From positions 1-53,372 of the forward strand of contig QMPZ01000001.1 in NCBI GenBank assembly GCA_003648815.1: 53,372 nucleotides of DNA. The letters are read 5' to 3'. The notes below the pieces were generated by a model. It was not told where the DNA came from. It was given only the letters and a program-made list of their open reading frames with translations, and made no database searches. Every line of letters begins with the position of its first letter. The stretch's first letter is position 1. Made by a program: the position numbers and the translations under genes. This DNA comes from Candidatus Aerophobota bacterium (GTDB lineage Bacteria > Aerophobota > Aerophobia > Aerophobales > B47-G16). This document shows, in pieces, positions 44,977 through 53,327 of this stretch.

Positions 44977-45974
44977 CGCATTTTCTCCAGAAGATCTATA
45001 CTCTGAAGAGCTCTTCCGGCTCCGATAGCCACACAGGACAAAGGGTCATCAGCTAAATGAGCTGTGATGCCGGTCGTCTCCTTGATCAAGCGGTCGAAGT
45101 TTTTCAGCATACTTCCTCCTCCGGTGAGGACAATTCCTTTCTCAATTATGTCTGCTGCCAGTTCTGGTGGGGTTTTTTCCAGGACAGCTTTTGTCTTCTC
45201 CACAATTGAGGACAACGGCTCGGCTAAAATTTCGGATATCTCCTCAGCACAAATCCTGATCCGCTTGGGCAGCCCCGTCATCAAGTCCCTTCCGCGTACC
45301 TCAATCTCTTTATTACGAGGAGGAGAGATAGCATATCCTATTTCCTTCTTCAGTCGTTCAACAGTGACCTCTCCCAGAGCCAGATTATAGTGCTTTCTCA
45401 TATACCTGCTGATGGTCTCGTCCAGCTTGTCACCTCCTACACGGAGCGATTCGCTCACTACAATCTCTCCTAAGGAAAGGACGGCAATGTCAGTAGTCCC
45501 TCCTCCTACATCTATGATCATGTTTCCTTCTGGTTTGGCGATGTCCAGATTTGCTCCTATAGCCGCTGCCTTGGGCTCCTCAATTAGAAAGACCTTCTTG
45601 GCCCCCGCTTGAATGCCAGCATTTCTTACCGCTCTTCTCTCCACCGAGGTTCCTCCAGAGGGAATGCAGATCATAAGGTAGGGAGGGAAGAAGAGCCATT
45701 TCCCGTAAATTTTGCTGATAAAATACTTGAGCATACTCTCTACGATGTTGTAGTCAGCGATCACTCCATCCCTCATAGGTCTTATGGCAGAGATGTTTCT
45801 CGGGGTTCGGCCCAGCATCTGTTTAGCCTCACTTCCAATGGATAAGATCTTGCCCGATTCTTTATCCATCGCCACTACAGATGGTTCATTGATTACTATC
45901 CCTCGCCCTTCCAGATAAACCAGGGTACTGGTGGTACCTAAATCTATCCCTATTTTCTTGCTCAAGGAAAACAT
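44973..45974 (-). CDS. mreB: Rod shape-determining protein MreB
   Basis: ..IGIDLGTTSTLVY..., ..NEPSVVA.., ..IDVGGGTTDIAV.. actin-fold phosphate motifs. Confidence 0.95.
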   Translation of the reverse strand: MFSLSKKIGIDLGTTSTLVYLEGRGIVINEPSVVAMDKESGKILSIGSEAKQMLGRTPRNISAIRPMRDGVIADYNIVESMLKYFISKIYGKWLFFPPYLMICIPSGGTSVERRAVRNAGIQAGAKKVFLIEEPKAAAIGANLDIAKPEGNMIIDVGGGTTDIAVLSLGEIVVSESLRVGGDKLDETISRYMRKHYNLALGEVTVERLKKEIGYAISPPRNKEIEVRGRDLMTGLPKRIRICAEEISEILAEPLSSIVEKTKAVLEKTPPELAADIIEKGIVLTGGGSMLKNFDRLIKETTGITAHLADDPLSCVAIGAGRALQSIDLLEKMR

Positions 45975-45975
45975 C

Positions 45976-47241
45976 TCATTCCTCTACTCTCTTAATTCGT
46001 GCTCCTAATCTGGATAGCTTTTCCTCCAATCTCTCATATCCTCTGTCGATGTGATGAATGTCGCAGATCTGCGTTACTCCTCTTGCTGCCAGGCCAGCCA
46101 GCACCAGAGCCGCTCCTCCCCGTATATCAGAAGCCTTGACGATGGTTCCCTCAAGAAAGGGAACCCCCTTTACTATTACCATTTGTCCTTTCCTTTCAAT
46201 CTGAGCTCCCATTCTTTGAAGCTCAGCTATATGAGCGAATCTGTCCTCGAAGACGGTTTCCGTGATTATACTGGTTCCTTGAGCTAGACAAGCAAGAGAG
46301 GTCATCTGAGGTTGCAGGTCTGTGGGAAAACCAGGATAAGGAAGAGTTTTTATCTTAACTGGCCGAGGATGATTTCCCAAGATTCTTATCTGGTTATCTT
46401 TGACCTCAATTTCCATTCCCATCTCCCTTAACTTCGCCAGAACTATTCCTAAATGGTGAGGAAGGATTTCTTTCAGCACAACCTCCCCTCCGGTAATGGC
46501 TCCCGCTATGAGCAGCGTTCCTGCCTCAATTCGGTCAGGAATTATAGAATAACTTGCAGGATGAAGTTCTCTCACACCTTCAACCCTGATCGAATCCGTC
46601 CCCACTCCCTCTATCTTAGCTCCCATCTTCCTTAAAAAAGTTGCCAGCTCTATTATCTCGGGAGCACGAGAGGCACCCTCAATTACGGTTACACCTCTGG
46701 CCACGGATGCAGCTAACATTATGTTTTCGGTAGCTCCTACGCTGGGCAGGTCCAGATAGATATTATCTCCCTTAAGTCCTCTTTTCGCATACGCCTCGAT
46801 ATAACCCTCCCTTACCTCTATCTTGGCCCCCATTTGCACAAGTCCTTTAAGATGAAGATCAACCGGTCTTCTACCTATGGCACATCCTCCAGGAAGGGAG
46901 ACTCGAGCACGTCCAAGGCGGGCTAACAGGGGGCCCAGGACCAATATAGAGGCCCGCATCATTCTGACCAGCTCGTAAGGAGCTTCATAGTTCGAAAGGC
47001 TGGTGCAATCAATCTTCAAACCTTCATTCTCCCTTTCTATCACACTTCCTAACCCCTCCAGGACCTTCTTCATGGTTATTATATCAACAAGCTGAGGGAC
47101 ATTTTTGAGCTGACATCTTCCTTCTGTCAGAAGACACGCAGCCATCAGTGGAAGAGCTGAGTTCTTTGCTCCACTTATCCTGACCTTACCCTTTAAGGGA
47201 ACGCCTCCTTCGATGATAAATTTACCCACTTTCTTCTCCAC
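45976..47241 (-). CDS. murA: UDP-N-acetylglucosamine 1-carboxyvinyltransferase
   Basis: ..G.V.ISGAKNSALP.., active-site loop ..LPGGCAIG.RPVDLH.., ..YPGFPTD.Q. Confidence 0.95.
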   Translation of the reverse strand: MEKKVGKFIIEGGVPLKGKVRISGAKNSALPLMAACLLTEGRCQLKNVPQLVDIITMKKVLEGLGSVIERENEGLKIDCTSLSNYEAPYELVRMMRASILVLGPLLARLGRARVSLPGGCAIGRRPVDLHLKGLVQMGAKIEVREGYIEAYAKRGLKGDNIYLDLPSVGATENIMLAASVARGVTVIEGASRAPEIIELATFLRKMGAKIEGVGTDSIRVEGVRELHPASYSIIPDRIEAGTLLIAGAITGGEVVLKEILPHHLGIVLAKLREMGMEIEVKDNQIRILGNHPRPVKIKTLPYPGFPTDLQPQMTSLACLAQGTSIITETVFEDRFAHIAELQRMGAQIERKGQMVIVKGVPFLEGTIVKASDIRGGAALVLAGLAARGVTQICDIHHIDRGYERLEEKLSRLGARIKRVEE

Positions 47242-47968
47242 CTGTTTTTATCTCAATTTCTGCTTGTGACCTTAACTTTTCCATCCAACTTTGAAGGAGC
47301 TTCTCTTTTTTCCTTCGCCTTAGAAAACTTTCTATCTTATCCTGGATCCTCTCGAGAGAAACTTCTCCTTCATTCTCATCCGTCCCCTTCAGGTTCTCTC
47401 GATATATCCGACAAAATCGCTTAATCTCTTCTTGCGCCTTCTCATCCCCCTTTAAATATCGCTTCAGCTTCAGGTAAAAATCCCTGATCTCTTCTTTTTC
47501 TATCTTTACCTTATCATCCATTTCCCTTAGTTTTTGAGCAATTAGCCTTTCCCGCAAAAGCCTCCTTTTTATCCTCTCCTTGAATTCCTCTAAGGACAAA
47601 TCTTCCTTCTCCAACATCTCCTGGAAGACCTCATCGGAAAGATCGCCCTTAATATCAGAAAGGACCTTTTCCACTTCCTGGGAGCTCACAGTGATCTTTT
47701 CTCTTTTTGCCTCTTGAAGGAGAATATATTCGTTTATCATTCGCTCCAGGGCTATATCCCTTAGTTTTTTTTCATCCTGAAATTCCCAATCCCTTCTTAT
47801 TAAAGACATCTCCCGGACCAGCTGTCTTTGGGTGATGATTTCTCCATTAACTACCGCTATTATCCTGTCTATTAGCTGAGCAGGTTCAACCGGCACTATT
47901 GTTATATTTAATAAAAAGAAAAAAATTAAGGTGAGTAGCTTTAACATTTTTCCCTTTCTCAAGCTCAA
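47222..47968 (-). CDS. SurA N-terminal-domain chaperone-like protein (no PPIase domain evident)
   Basis: Signal/TM N-terminus, ..IDRIIAVVNGEIIT..QL.. SurA_N pattern, then an E/K-rich helical region. Confidence 0.6.
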   Translation of the reverse strand: MSLRKGKMLKLLTLIFFFLLNITIVPVEPAQLIDRIIAVVNGEIITQRQLVREMSLIRRDWEFQDEKKLRDIALERMINEYILLQEAKREKITVSSQEVEKVLSDIKGDLSDEVFQEMLEKEDLSLEEFKERIKRRLLRERLIAQKLREMDDKVKIEKEEIRDFYLKLKRYLKGDEKAQEEIKRFCRIYRENLKGTDENEGEVSLERIQDKIESFLRRRKKEKLLQSWMEKLRSQAEIEIKTGGEESG

Positions 47969-47985
47969 CTCTTGTTTTCTCTAAG

Positions 47986-50900
47986 TTATGATAGCAAATT
48001 TTTTAGTTTTTGTAAAATTTCCTTCAGGTAAATGAGCGTCTTCCCATTGTTCATCCTCTCAAGAGGAATGATTAAGTTTTTCTCATCCATAGGAAGAAGC
48101 TGAACCCTTGGCTTCAGCTTTTTTTCAATTATCTCTCTTTTTCTTCCCGAAAGAGGAGATGAGGCAAATGTCGCCCAGACTCTGGAGTTCACTCGCCTTA
48201 GCGAAGTAATTCCCAAATTTTTTGTTATAAGTTTTATTTCCATAACTCTAATCAGGTTCATAGTCTCTGCGGGCAGAGGACCGTAACGGTCCCGTAGTTC
48301 CTGTTTAAAACTTAAAAGCTCCTTTTCATCTTTTATCTGACCCATTTTTTGGTAAAGCTCAAATCTCTGTTCTTCAAAGGGAACATAAGAAGGAGGGATT
48401 CTGGCCTCCACTCCCAAGTCCAGACTCACAGGAAAGGAAGGAGTGACCTTTTCCCCTTTTAGCTTCTTTATCTCCTCAGAGAGGAGCTGAGAGTAAAGGG
48501 TGAACCCGACGGCAGCTATATGACCATGCTGCTCTTTGCCCAGAAGATTTCCCGCTCCTCTTATCTCAAGGTCCTGCATAGCTATGCGAAAACCAGCTCC
48601 TGCTTCTTTAAACTGGTTTATAACCTCCAAGCGCCTGCGGGCTTCCTCGGTCAAGGATTTAGTCGGGGTAATGAGAAAATAGGCATATCCCTTTACGTTT
48701 CCTCTACCCACCCTTCCCCTTAGCTGATATAGGTCTGCCAGACCGAACTGTTCTGCCTGTTCCACGATCAGGGTGTTCACGTTGGGCATATCTATACCTG
48801 ATTCGATAATGGTGGTACAGATCAGGACGTCGTATTTTCGATTGAGAAAATCTCTTGTGATTTTCTCGAGCTCCTTGGAGGCCATCCTCCCATGAGAGAC
48901 GGCAACGGAGGCCTCGGGAACCAGCTGTCTTACTTTATCAGCAACCTTATATATTTCTCTAATTCTGTTATACAGGTAAAAGACCTGACCGTTTCTTTTC
49001 AGTTCCTTGAGAATAGCTCTTCTTATCAGATTCTCTTCGTACTCTATTACCTTTATCTCCACATTTAGCCTCTCCTCAGGAGGGGTGAGGATTACGCTCA
49101 TATCCCTGATTCCCACCAAGGACATATAAAGAGAGCGAGGGATGGGAGTGGCACTGAGGGTCAGGACATCCACTGATTTTCTAAACTCTCTTAACTTTTT
49201 CTTATGTACTACTCCAAAACGCTGCTCCTCATCGATGATTACCAACCCTAAATCGTTAAAACTTACATCATCCTGGATTAAGCGATGTGTCCCAATCACG
49301 ATATCTACTTTCCCACATTTTAAGTCCTCGATGATCTTTTTCTGTTTCTGAGGGCTCTGGAAACGAGAGAGCATTTCTATGTTGATGGGATAGGCAGCCA
49401 TCCTCTCTGTGAAGGTGCGATAGTGCTGCTCGGCAAGAATGGTGGTGGGGACCAGCACGGCCACCTGTTTGTTATCCATTACTGCCTTGAAAGCGGCTCG
49501 CATAGCTACCTCTGTCTTTCCATATCCTGCATCTCCACAGATTAGTCTATCCATAGGTCTGGCGCTTTCCATGTCCTTTTTTATGTCCCGAATAGCCTTT
49601 AGCTGATCAGGGGTTTCTCGATAGGGAAAGGATGCTTCAAATTCCAGTTGCCATGATGTATCTGGCGAAAAGGAATGACCAGGGATGACCTTTCGAATAG
49701 AGTAAAGTTTAAGAAGAGAAGAGGCAAGTTCCTGAGCAGCTTTTTTAACTCTTTTCTTTGCCAGCCGCCACTCTCCTCCCTCCAAACTGTAGATGGGAGG
49801 TGGACAGCTGGAATCCCCTATATATTTGTGCAGTCGATCTATCTGGTCTATGGGGACGTAGAGGCGATCAGAACCCTTGTAATTGACCTGGAAGTAATCG
49901 TTTTTTCTTCCCTCTATCTCCAGCGTCTTTACCCCGTTGAACTTTCCTATACCGTAGTCGATATGAACCACGTAATCTCCTTTTTGTAGCTCGCTCCATT
50001 TTCTGATCTTCCTCGCCTTTGGGTAAATCCACCTCTTTCTCCTTTCCCTGTAGCGTTGAAATACGTCCTCATCAGTTATAAAGACCTCTTTTGTGCTGTC
50101 AAATTTAAATCCTCTCCTTATATCTCCTACAGCAATAACGGGAGAGGAAAGCTGCTCAAAAGGACAAAAATCCTTCCTTAAGGAAACTTTTAGCTTTTTC
50201 TCCTCCAACAGTTCCTTTAACCTTTCTCCTTGCCCCAGATTTGAGACCAGCAAGATCACCTTATATCCCTCCTGCCTCCACTTTTTTATGTCCTGTGTCA
50301 AGAGGTCCAGGTTTCCCCGATAGGAGGGCAGAGGTGAAGAGGAAAGGGGAAGGATATGTTTTGGTCTCATCCAGGAACTTCTCTGTGGTAGAGTGGAAAG
50401 ATACAGATGGGGTTTTTCGAGAACCTTCTTAAATGCCTTAATCTTTGAGCTTTCCCAGTCTTTCATCTGATTCTGAAGATTCGCTGGCTCGTCCAGGACG
50501 AAGATAAAGGAGGAAGGGAGAACCTCAAAGAAGGGAAGGATATCTTTTTTCTCTCCTTTAATCAGGGAAAGCTCGTCCTTTGAGGACAAGATTACCTCAT
50601 CTCTCTTTTTAATTGAGGATTGGGTGAGGGGATCAAATTCTCGGATAGACTCCACATTTTCCCCGAAAAGTTCAATTCTGATAGGATAAGAGTAAACAGG
50701 AGAATAAAAATCTATAATTCCTCCGCGGAAAGAATACTCACCTTGTTCCTCCACCAGAGGAGAAAACTCATATCCTCTTTTTACTAAGTATTTTAAGATT
50801 AAATCTCGATCTATCTTATCCCCCTTTCTTAAGCGAAGAGCATCACGATTTAAGGCGGAAAAAGAGGGGACTTTTTGAATGAGAGAGGAAAGGCAGGTAA

Positions 50901-51204
50901 CTATCAGGATATTGGGATCCTCCTTTAACCGATATAGAAGCTCAAGTAATCTACCTTCCCCATTCTGCTTCGGGGAGGAGAGAAGAAAGATCCTGCTTTT
51001 TTGAGGAATGAAGGAGAGAAAATCCTGATAGGTATCTTTGGCCTCTAAATGGGTGGGAGCGACAAATAAAAAAGAACCCCTTCGCTGACTCTGTAGGAGG
51101 CTTACCAGGTAAGCCTTCGCCTCCTGCGTTAAGCCATACATCCAGCAGGGTATTTTCCCTTCATCGATAATTTTTTGAAGATGTAGTTTAACTTTATCCG
51201 TCAC
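47986..51204 (-). CDS. mfd: Transcription-repair coupling factor
   Basis: CarD/RID-like ..GDYVVH.DYGIG.F.G.., Walker [22 protein letters not shown] motif region, 1072 aa. Confidence 0.95.
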   Translation of the reverse strand: MTDKVKLHLQKIIDEGKIPCWMYGLTQEAKAYLVSLLQSQRRGSFLFVAPTHLEAKDTYQDFLSFIPQKSRIFLLSSPKQNGEGRLLELLYRLKEDPNILIVTCLSSLIQKVPSFSALNRDALRLRKGDKIDRDLILKYLVKRGYEFSPLVEEQGEYSFRGGIIDFYSPVYSYPIRIELFGENVESIREFDPLTQSSIKKRDEVILSSKDELSLIKGEKKDILPFFEVLPSSFIFVLDEPANLQNQMKDWESSKIKAFKKVLEKPHLYLSTLPQRSSWMRPKHILPLSSSPLPSYRGNLDLLTQDIKKWRQEGYKVILLVSNLGQGERLKELLEEKKLKVSLRKDFCPFEQLSSPVIAVGDIRRGFKFDSTKEVFITDEDVFQRYRERRKRWIYPKARKIRKWSELQKGDYVVHIDYGIGKFNGVKTLEIEGRKNDYFQVNYKGSDRLYVPIDQIDRLHKYIGDSSCPPPIYSLEGGEWRLAKKRVKKAAQELASSLLKLYSIRKVIPGHSFSPDTSWQLEFEASFPYRETPDQLKAIRDIKKDMESARPMDRLICGDAGYGKTEVAMRAAFKAVMDNKQVAVLVPTTILAEQHYRTFTERMAAYPINIEMLSRFQSPQKQKKIIEDLKCGKVDIVIGTHRLIQDDVSFNDLGLVIIDEEQRFGVVHKKKLREFRKSVDVLTLSATPIPRSLYMSLVGIRDMSVILTPPEERLNVEIKVIEYEENLIRRAILKELKRNGQVFYLYNRIREIYKVADKVRQLVPEASVAVSHGRMASKELEKITRDFLNRKYDVLICTTIIESGIDMPNVNTLIVEQAEQFGLADLYQLRGRVGRGNVKGYAYFLITPTKSLTEEARRRLEVINQFKEAGAGFRIAMQDLEIRGAGNLLGKEQHGHIAAVGFTLYSQLLSEEIKKLKGEKVTPSFPVSLDLGVEARIPPSYVPFEEQRFELYQKMGQIKDEKELLSFKQELRDRYGPLPAETMNLIRVMEIKLITKNLGITSLRRVNSRVWATFASSPLSGRKREIIEKKLKPRVQLLPMDEKNLIIPLERMNNGKTLIYLKEILQKLKNLLS

Positions 51205-52273
51205 CTACAATTTTTCTCCCTCCTAACTCCTTTTTAAGAGACTCCAACAGCTCCTCCATCTCTCCGTTTAAGATATCCTCTAAGTTGTATAAGGTAAGAT
51301 GAATGCGGTGATCTGTTACTCTATTTTGGGGAAAGTTATAAGTTCTTATACGCTCCGACCTTTCAGCTCTTTTGATCTGGACCTTTCTTTGTTTGGAGAT
51401 TTCATTTTGTTGTTCTATTTTTTTTCTCTGGAGGAGCTTGGCACGCAAAATTCGCATCGCTCTGGCTTTATTCTGATGCTGGGAGCGTTCATCCTGACAT
51501 TGAACTACAATTCCCGTGGGAAGGTGCGTTATTCTCACTGCTGAATCGGTAACATTTACATGTTGCCCTCCTGCTCCTCGAGAGCGGAAGGTCTCTATTA
51601 ACAGGTCCTCAGGTTTTATCTCCACTTCTACCTCCTGCGCCTCTGGAAGAACAGCCACCGTAGCGGTAGAGGTATGAATTCTTCCACTTGACTCGGTTAC
51701 GGGGATTCTCTGAACTCGATGTACTCCGCTTTCATAGCGTAAATTAGAGAAGACATCTTTTCCCTCTAAGGCAAAGATGGCCTCCTTAAACCCACCCATG
51801 TCCGTGGGATGAAAATGAATGTTTTCCATTCGCCAGCCCTTTCTCTCCGCGAGACGAGCGTACATTTTGTAAAGATCAGCAACGAACAAAGCTGCCTCTT
51901 CTCCTCCAGCTCCTGCTCTGATCTCCACAATTATGTTTCTATGAGAGTGCTCATCCTCGCTGACTAAGAACCTGGAAATTTCCTCCTCTATCTTTCCCAT
52001 CTTCTTTTTTAACCGGTCCTTCTCCTCCCTGGCTAATTCCTTAATTTCTTCTTCTTGGTCATCCAAAAGAAGCTCCTCTATCTTCTTCATTTCCTCCTGG
52101 GATTTTTTATATTCCCTCCACAGCTGAACACCCTCCTCTAACTCCTTTCTCTCCCTGTTGTACTTAGATAAAAGCTTTCTGTCCAAAAGGACCTCAGGAC
52201 GAGAAAGTAGTCCAGTGAGCTCCTCGTAGCGTTCTTCCATCTTTTTTAATTTAATGATCTCTTGCTCATTCAT
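51194..52273 (-). CDS. prfA: Peptide chain release factor 1
   Basis: PVT tripeptide (..[14 protein letters not shown]..) and GGQ (..RGAGGQHVN..). ATG 52273 is 6 nt after GAGGGGTG. The ORF-track GTG 52282 sits inside that SD. Confidence 0.95.
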   Translation of the reverse strand: MNEQEIIKLKKMEERYEELTGLLSRPEVLLDRKLLSKYNRERKELEEGVQLWREYKKSQEEMKKIEELLLDDQEEEIKELAREEKDRLKKKMGKIEEEISRFLVSEDEHSHRNIIVEIRAGAGGEEAALFVADLYKMYARLAERKGWRMENIHFHPTDMGGFKEAIFALEGKDVFSNLRYESGVHRVQRIPVTESSGRIHTSTATVAVLPEAQEVEVEIKPEDLLIETFRSRGAGGQHVNVTDSAVRITHLPTGIVVQCQDERSQHQNKARAMRILRAKLLQRKKIEQQNEISKQRKVQIKRAERSERIRTYNFPQNRVTDHRIHLTLYNLEDILNGEMEELLESLKKELGGRKIVGDG

Positions 52274-52319
52274 AGACTTCACCCCTCATCCTTATGAGAG
52301 CTCTTACCCTTTATCTTGA

Positions 52320-52403
52320 AGTATAGGAATTTATAAACATTTGTTTAATAAAGGGGGGAGCAGCGAAGCGTTGAGGGGGGAAAGATTCCCCCCTCAAGTG
52401 TCG
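52320..52403 (+). mobile_element. 84-nt AT-arm + GC-hairpin repeat element (copy B), flanked by 9-bp direct repeats TTATCTTGA (52311-52319 / 52404-52412)
   Basis: Near-identical to 2328-2410. Extended stem CGA-AGCG-TTGAGGGGGG / CCCCCCTCAA-GTG-TCG with loop AAAGATT. Flanking repeats read directly from the sequence. Confidence 0.75.
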
Positions 52404-53014
52404 TTATCTTGATCTAATTCCACATTCCAATAAGCGACATCTAAGAAGCTTTTCCAGCTCTCCTCCTTTATATTGGCAAGGTTTTCTTTTATAAAGGTCC
52501 CCCATTCGGGTTTTTTAGGTTTACGAATAAGTCTCATTCCCGCCTCTTTCAGGGTTTTGTTCCCCTTGCGCAGATTACAGGAAATACAAGAACAAACCAC
52601 ATTCTCCCAGGTATCCTTTCCCCCTCGAGACAGAGGAACCACGTGGTCTATGTTCAGCTCTTCCGGTCTGAAGGTCTTTCCGCAATATTGGCAGGTATTT
52701 TTGTCCCTTCTATAGATATTCCTGCGGGTAAACTTCACCTCACGAGGAGGAAGTTTATCGTAGATCATTAAAAGGATAACCCGGGGGACCTTGATCTTAT
52801 AGGTGATTGTCCTTATCACATCCCCATTATCTGCGGAATTTTGAGAAAAATCCCTCCATTCCTCAAATCCGAATGTATAAAAGGAACCTCCCTCTTTTAA
52901 TACCACCTGGGCATGCCTCAGGTAAAGAAGGCAGATTGCCCTCCTTACCGAACAGACATCGATCACCTGCCACAGCTTATTTAATACCAAGACCTTAGAG
53001 TTAAGTGCCTCCAT
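52394..53014 (-). CDS. Small HNH endonuclease (widespread about 170-210 aa bacterial family with N-terminal ..VLVLN.. domain)
   Basis: HNH core CQYCG..(14)..IDHVVPLSRGG.DTWENVV..C..CNLRKG. N-terminal SKVLVLNKLWQVIDV..RRAICLL pattern. Start set to ATG 53014 because ATG 53083 lies inside the repeat element's conserved AT arm. Confidence 0.8.
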   Translation of the reverse strand: MEALNSKVLVLNKLWQVIDVCSVRRAICLLYLRHAQVVLKEGGSFYTFGFEEWRDFSQNSADNGDVIRTITYKIKVPRVILLMIYDKLPPREVKFTRRNIYRRDKNTCQYCGKTFRPEELNIDHVVPLSRGGKDTWENVVCSCISCNLRKGNKTLKEAGMRLIRKPKKPEWGTFIKENLANIKEESWKSFLDVAYWNVELDQDNDT

Positions 53015-53062
53015 TTTTGCTAACCTGATAAAATTAGACCCTTGCCTGTTCTTGTAACTTGA

Positions 53063-53184
53063 AGTATAGAAATTTATAAACACAATTTATAAACATTTGT
53101 TTAATAAAAGGGGGAGCAGCGAAGCGTTGAGGGGGTCATTCCGAAGGAATGGGCAAAAGCCTATATTTCCCCCCTCAAGTGTCG
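53063..53184 (+). mobile_element. Repeat element copy C with a 12-nt internal duplication in the AT arm and a 34-nt expanded apical loop
   Basis: AGTATAGAAATTTATAAACAcAATTTATAAACATTTGTTTAATAAAA + GGGGGAGCAGCGAAGCGTTGAGGGGG - TCATTCCGAAGGAATGGGCAAAAGCCTATATTT - CCCCCCTCAAGTGTCG, followed by TTTTCTTGA. Confidence 0.8.
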
Positions 53185-53198
53185 TTTTCTTGATGTTT

Positions 53199-53226
53199 AT
53201 TATAGACATAGATGAGCAACTGTCAA
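53199..53226 (-). promoter_or_regulatory. Near-consensus sigma70 promoter reading toward the HNH gene
   Basis: Minus strand: TTGACA (53226-53221), 16-nt spacer, TATAAT (53204-53199). The predicted TSS near 53192 is at the edge of repeat copy C. Confidence 0.6.
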
Positions 53227-53236
53227 GCAATGTGAG

Positions 53237-53327
53237 TGAAGGGTGAAGGGTGAGGGGTGAAGAGTGAAGAGTAAAGAGTAAAGAGTAAAGAGTGAAGAGT
53301 GAAGAGTGAAGGGTGAAGGGTGAGGGG
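53237..53327 (+). repeat. 13-unit tandem heptanucleotide array (TGAAGGG x2, TGAGGGG, TGAAGAG x2, TAAAGAG x3, TGAAGAG x2, TGAAGGG x2, TGAGGGG)
   Basis: Exact 7-nt periodicity read from the sequence. Unit variants are ordered AAB-CC-DDD-CC-AAB. Confidence 0.9.

Noticed and set aside
53015-53083. Longer HNH ORF starting at ATG 53083 (MFINFYTSSYKN...)
   Set aside because: That ATG belongs to the conserved ATGTTTATAAA of the repeat's AT arm and is present in every copy. Homologous HNH proteins begin a few residues before the ..VLVLN.. motif, which favours ATG 53014.
52394-53226. HNH gene plus structured flanking RNA as an IscB/HEARO (omega-RNA) type system
   Set aside because: The protein is only about 206 aa and has no RuvC-like segments or PLMP/bridge-helix region. 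The flanking element is 84-122 nt and is shared with an ORF-less locus, unlike the omega-RNAs of over 200 nt that are tied to IscB.
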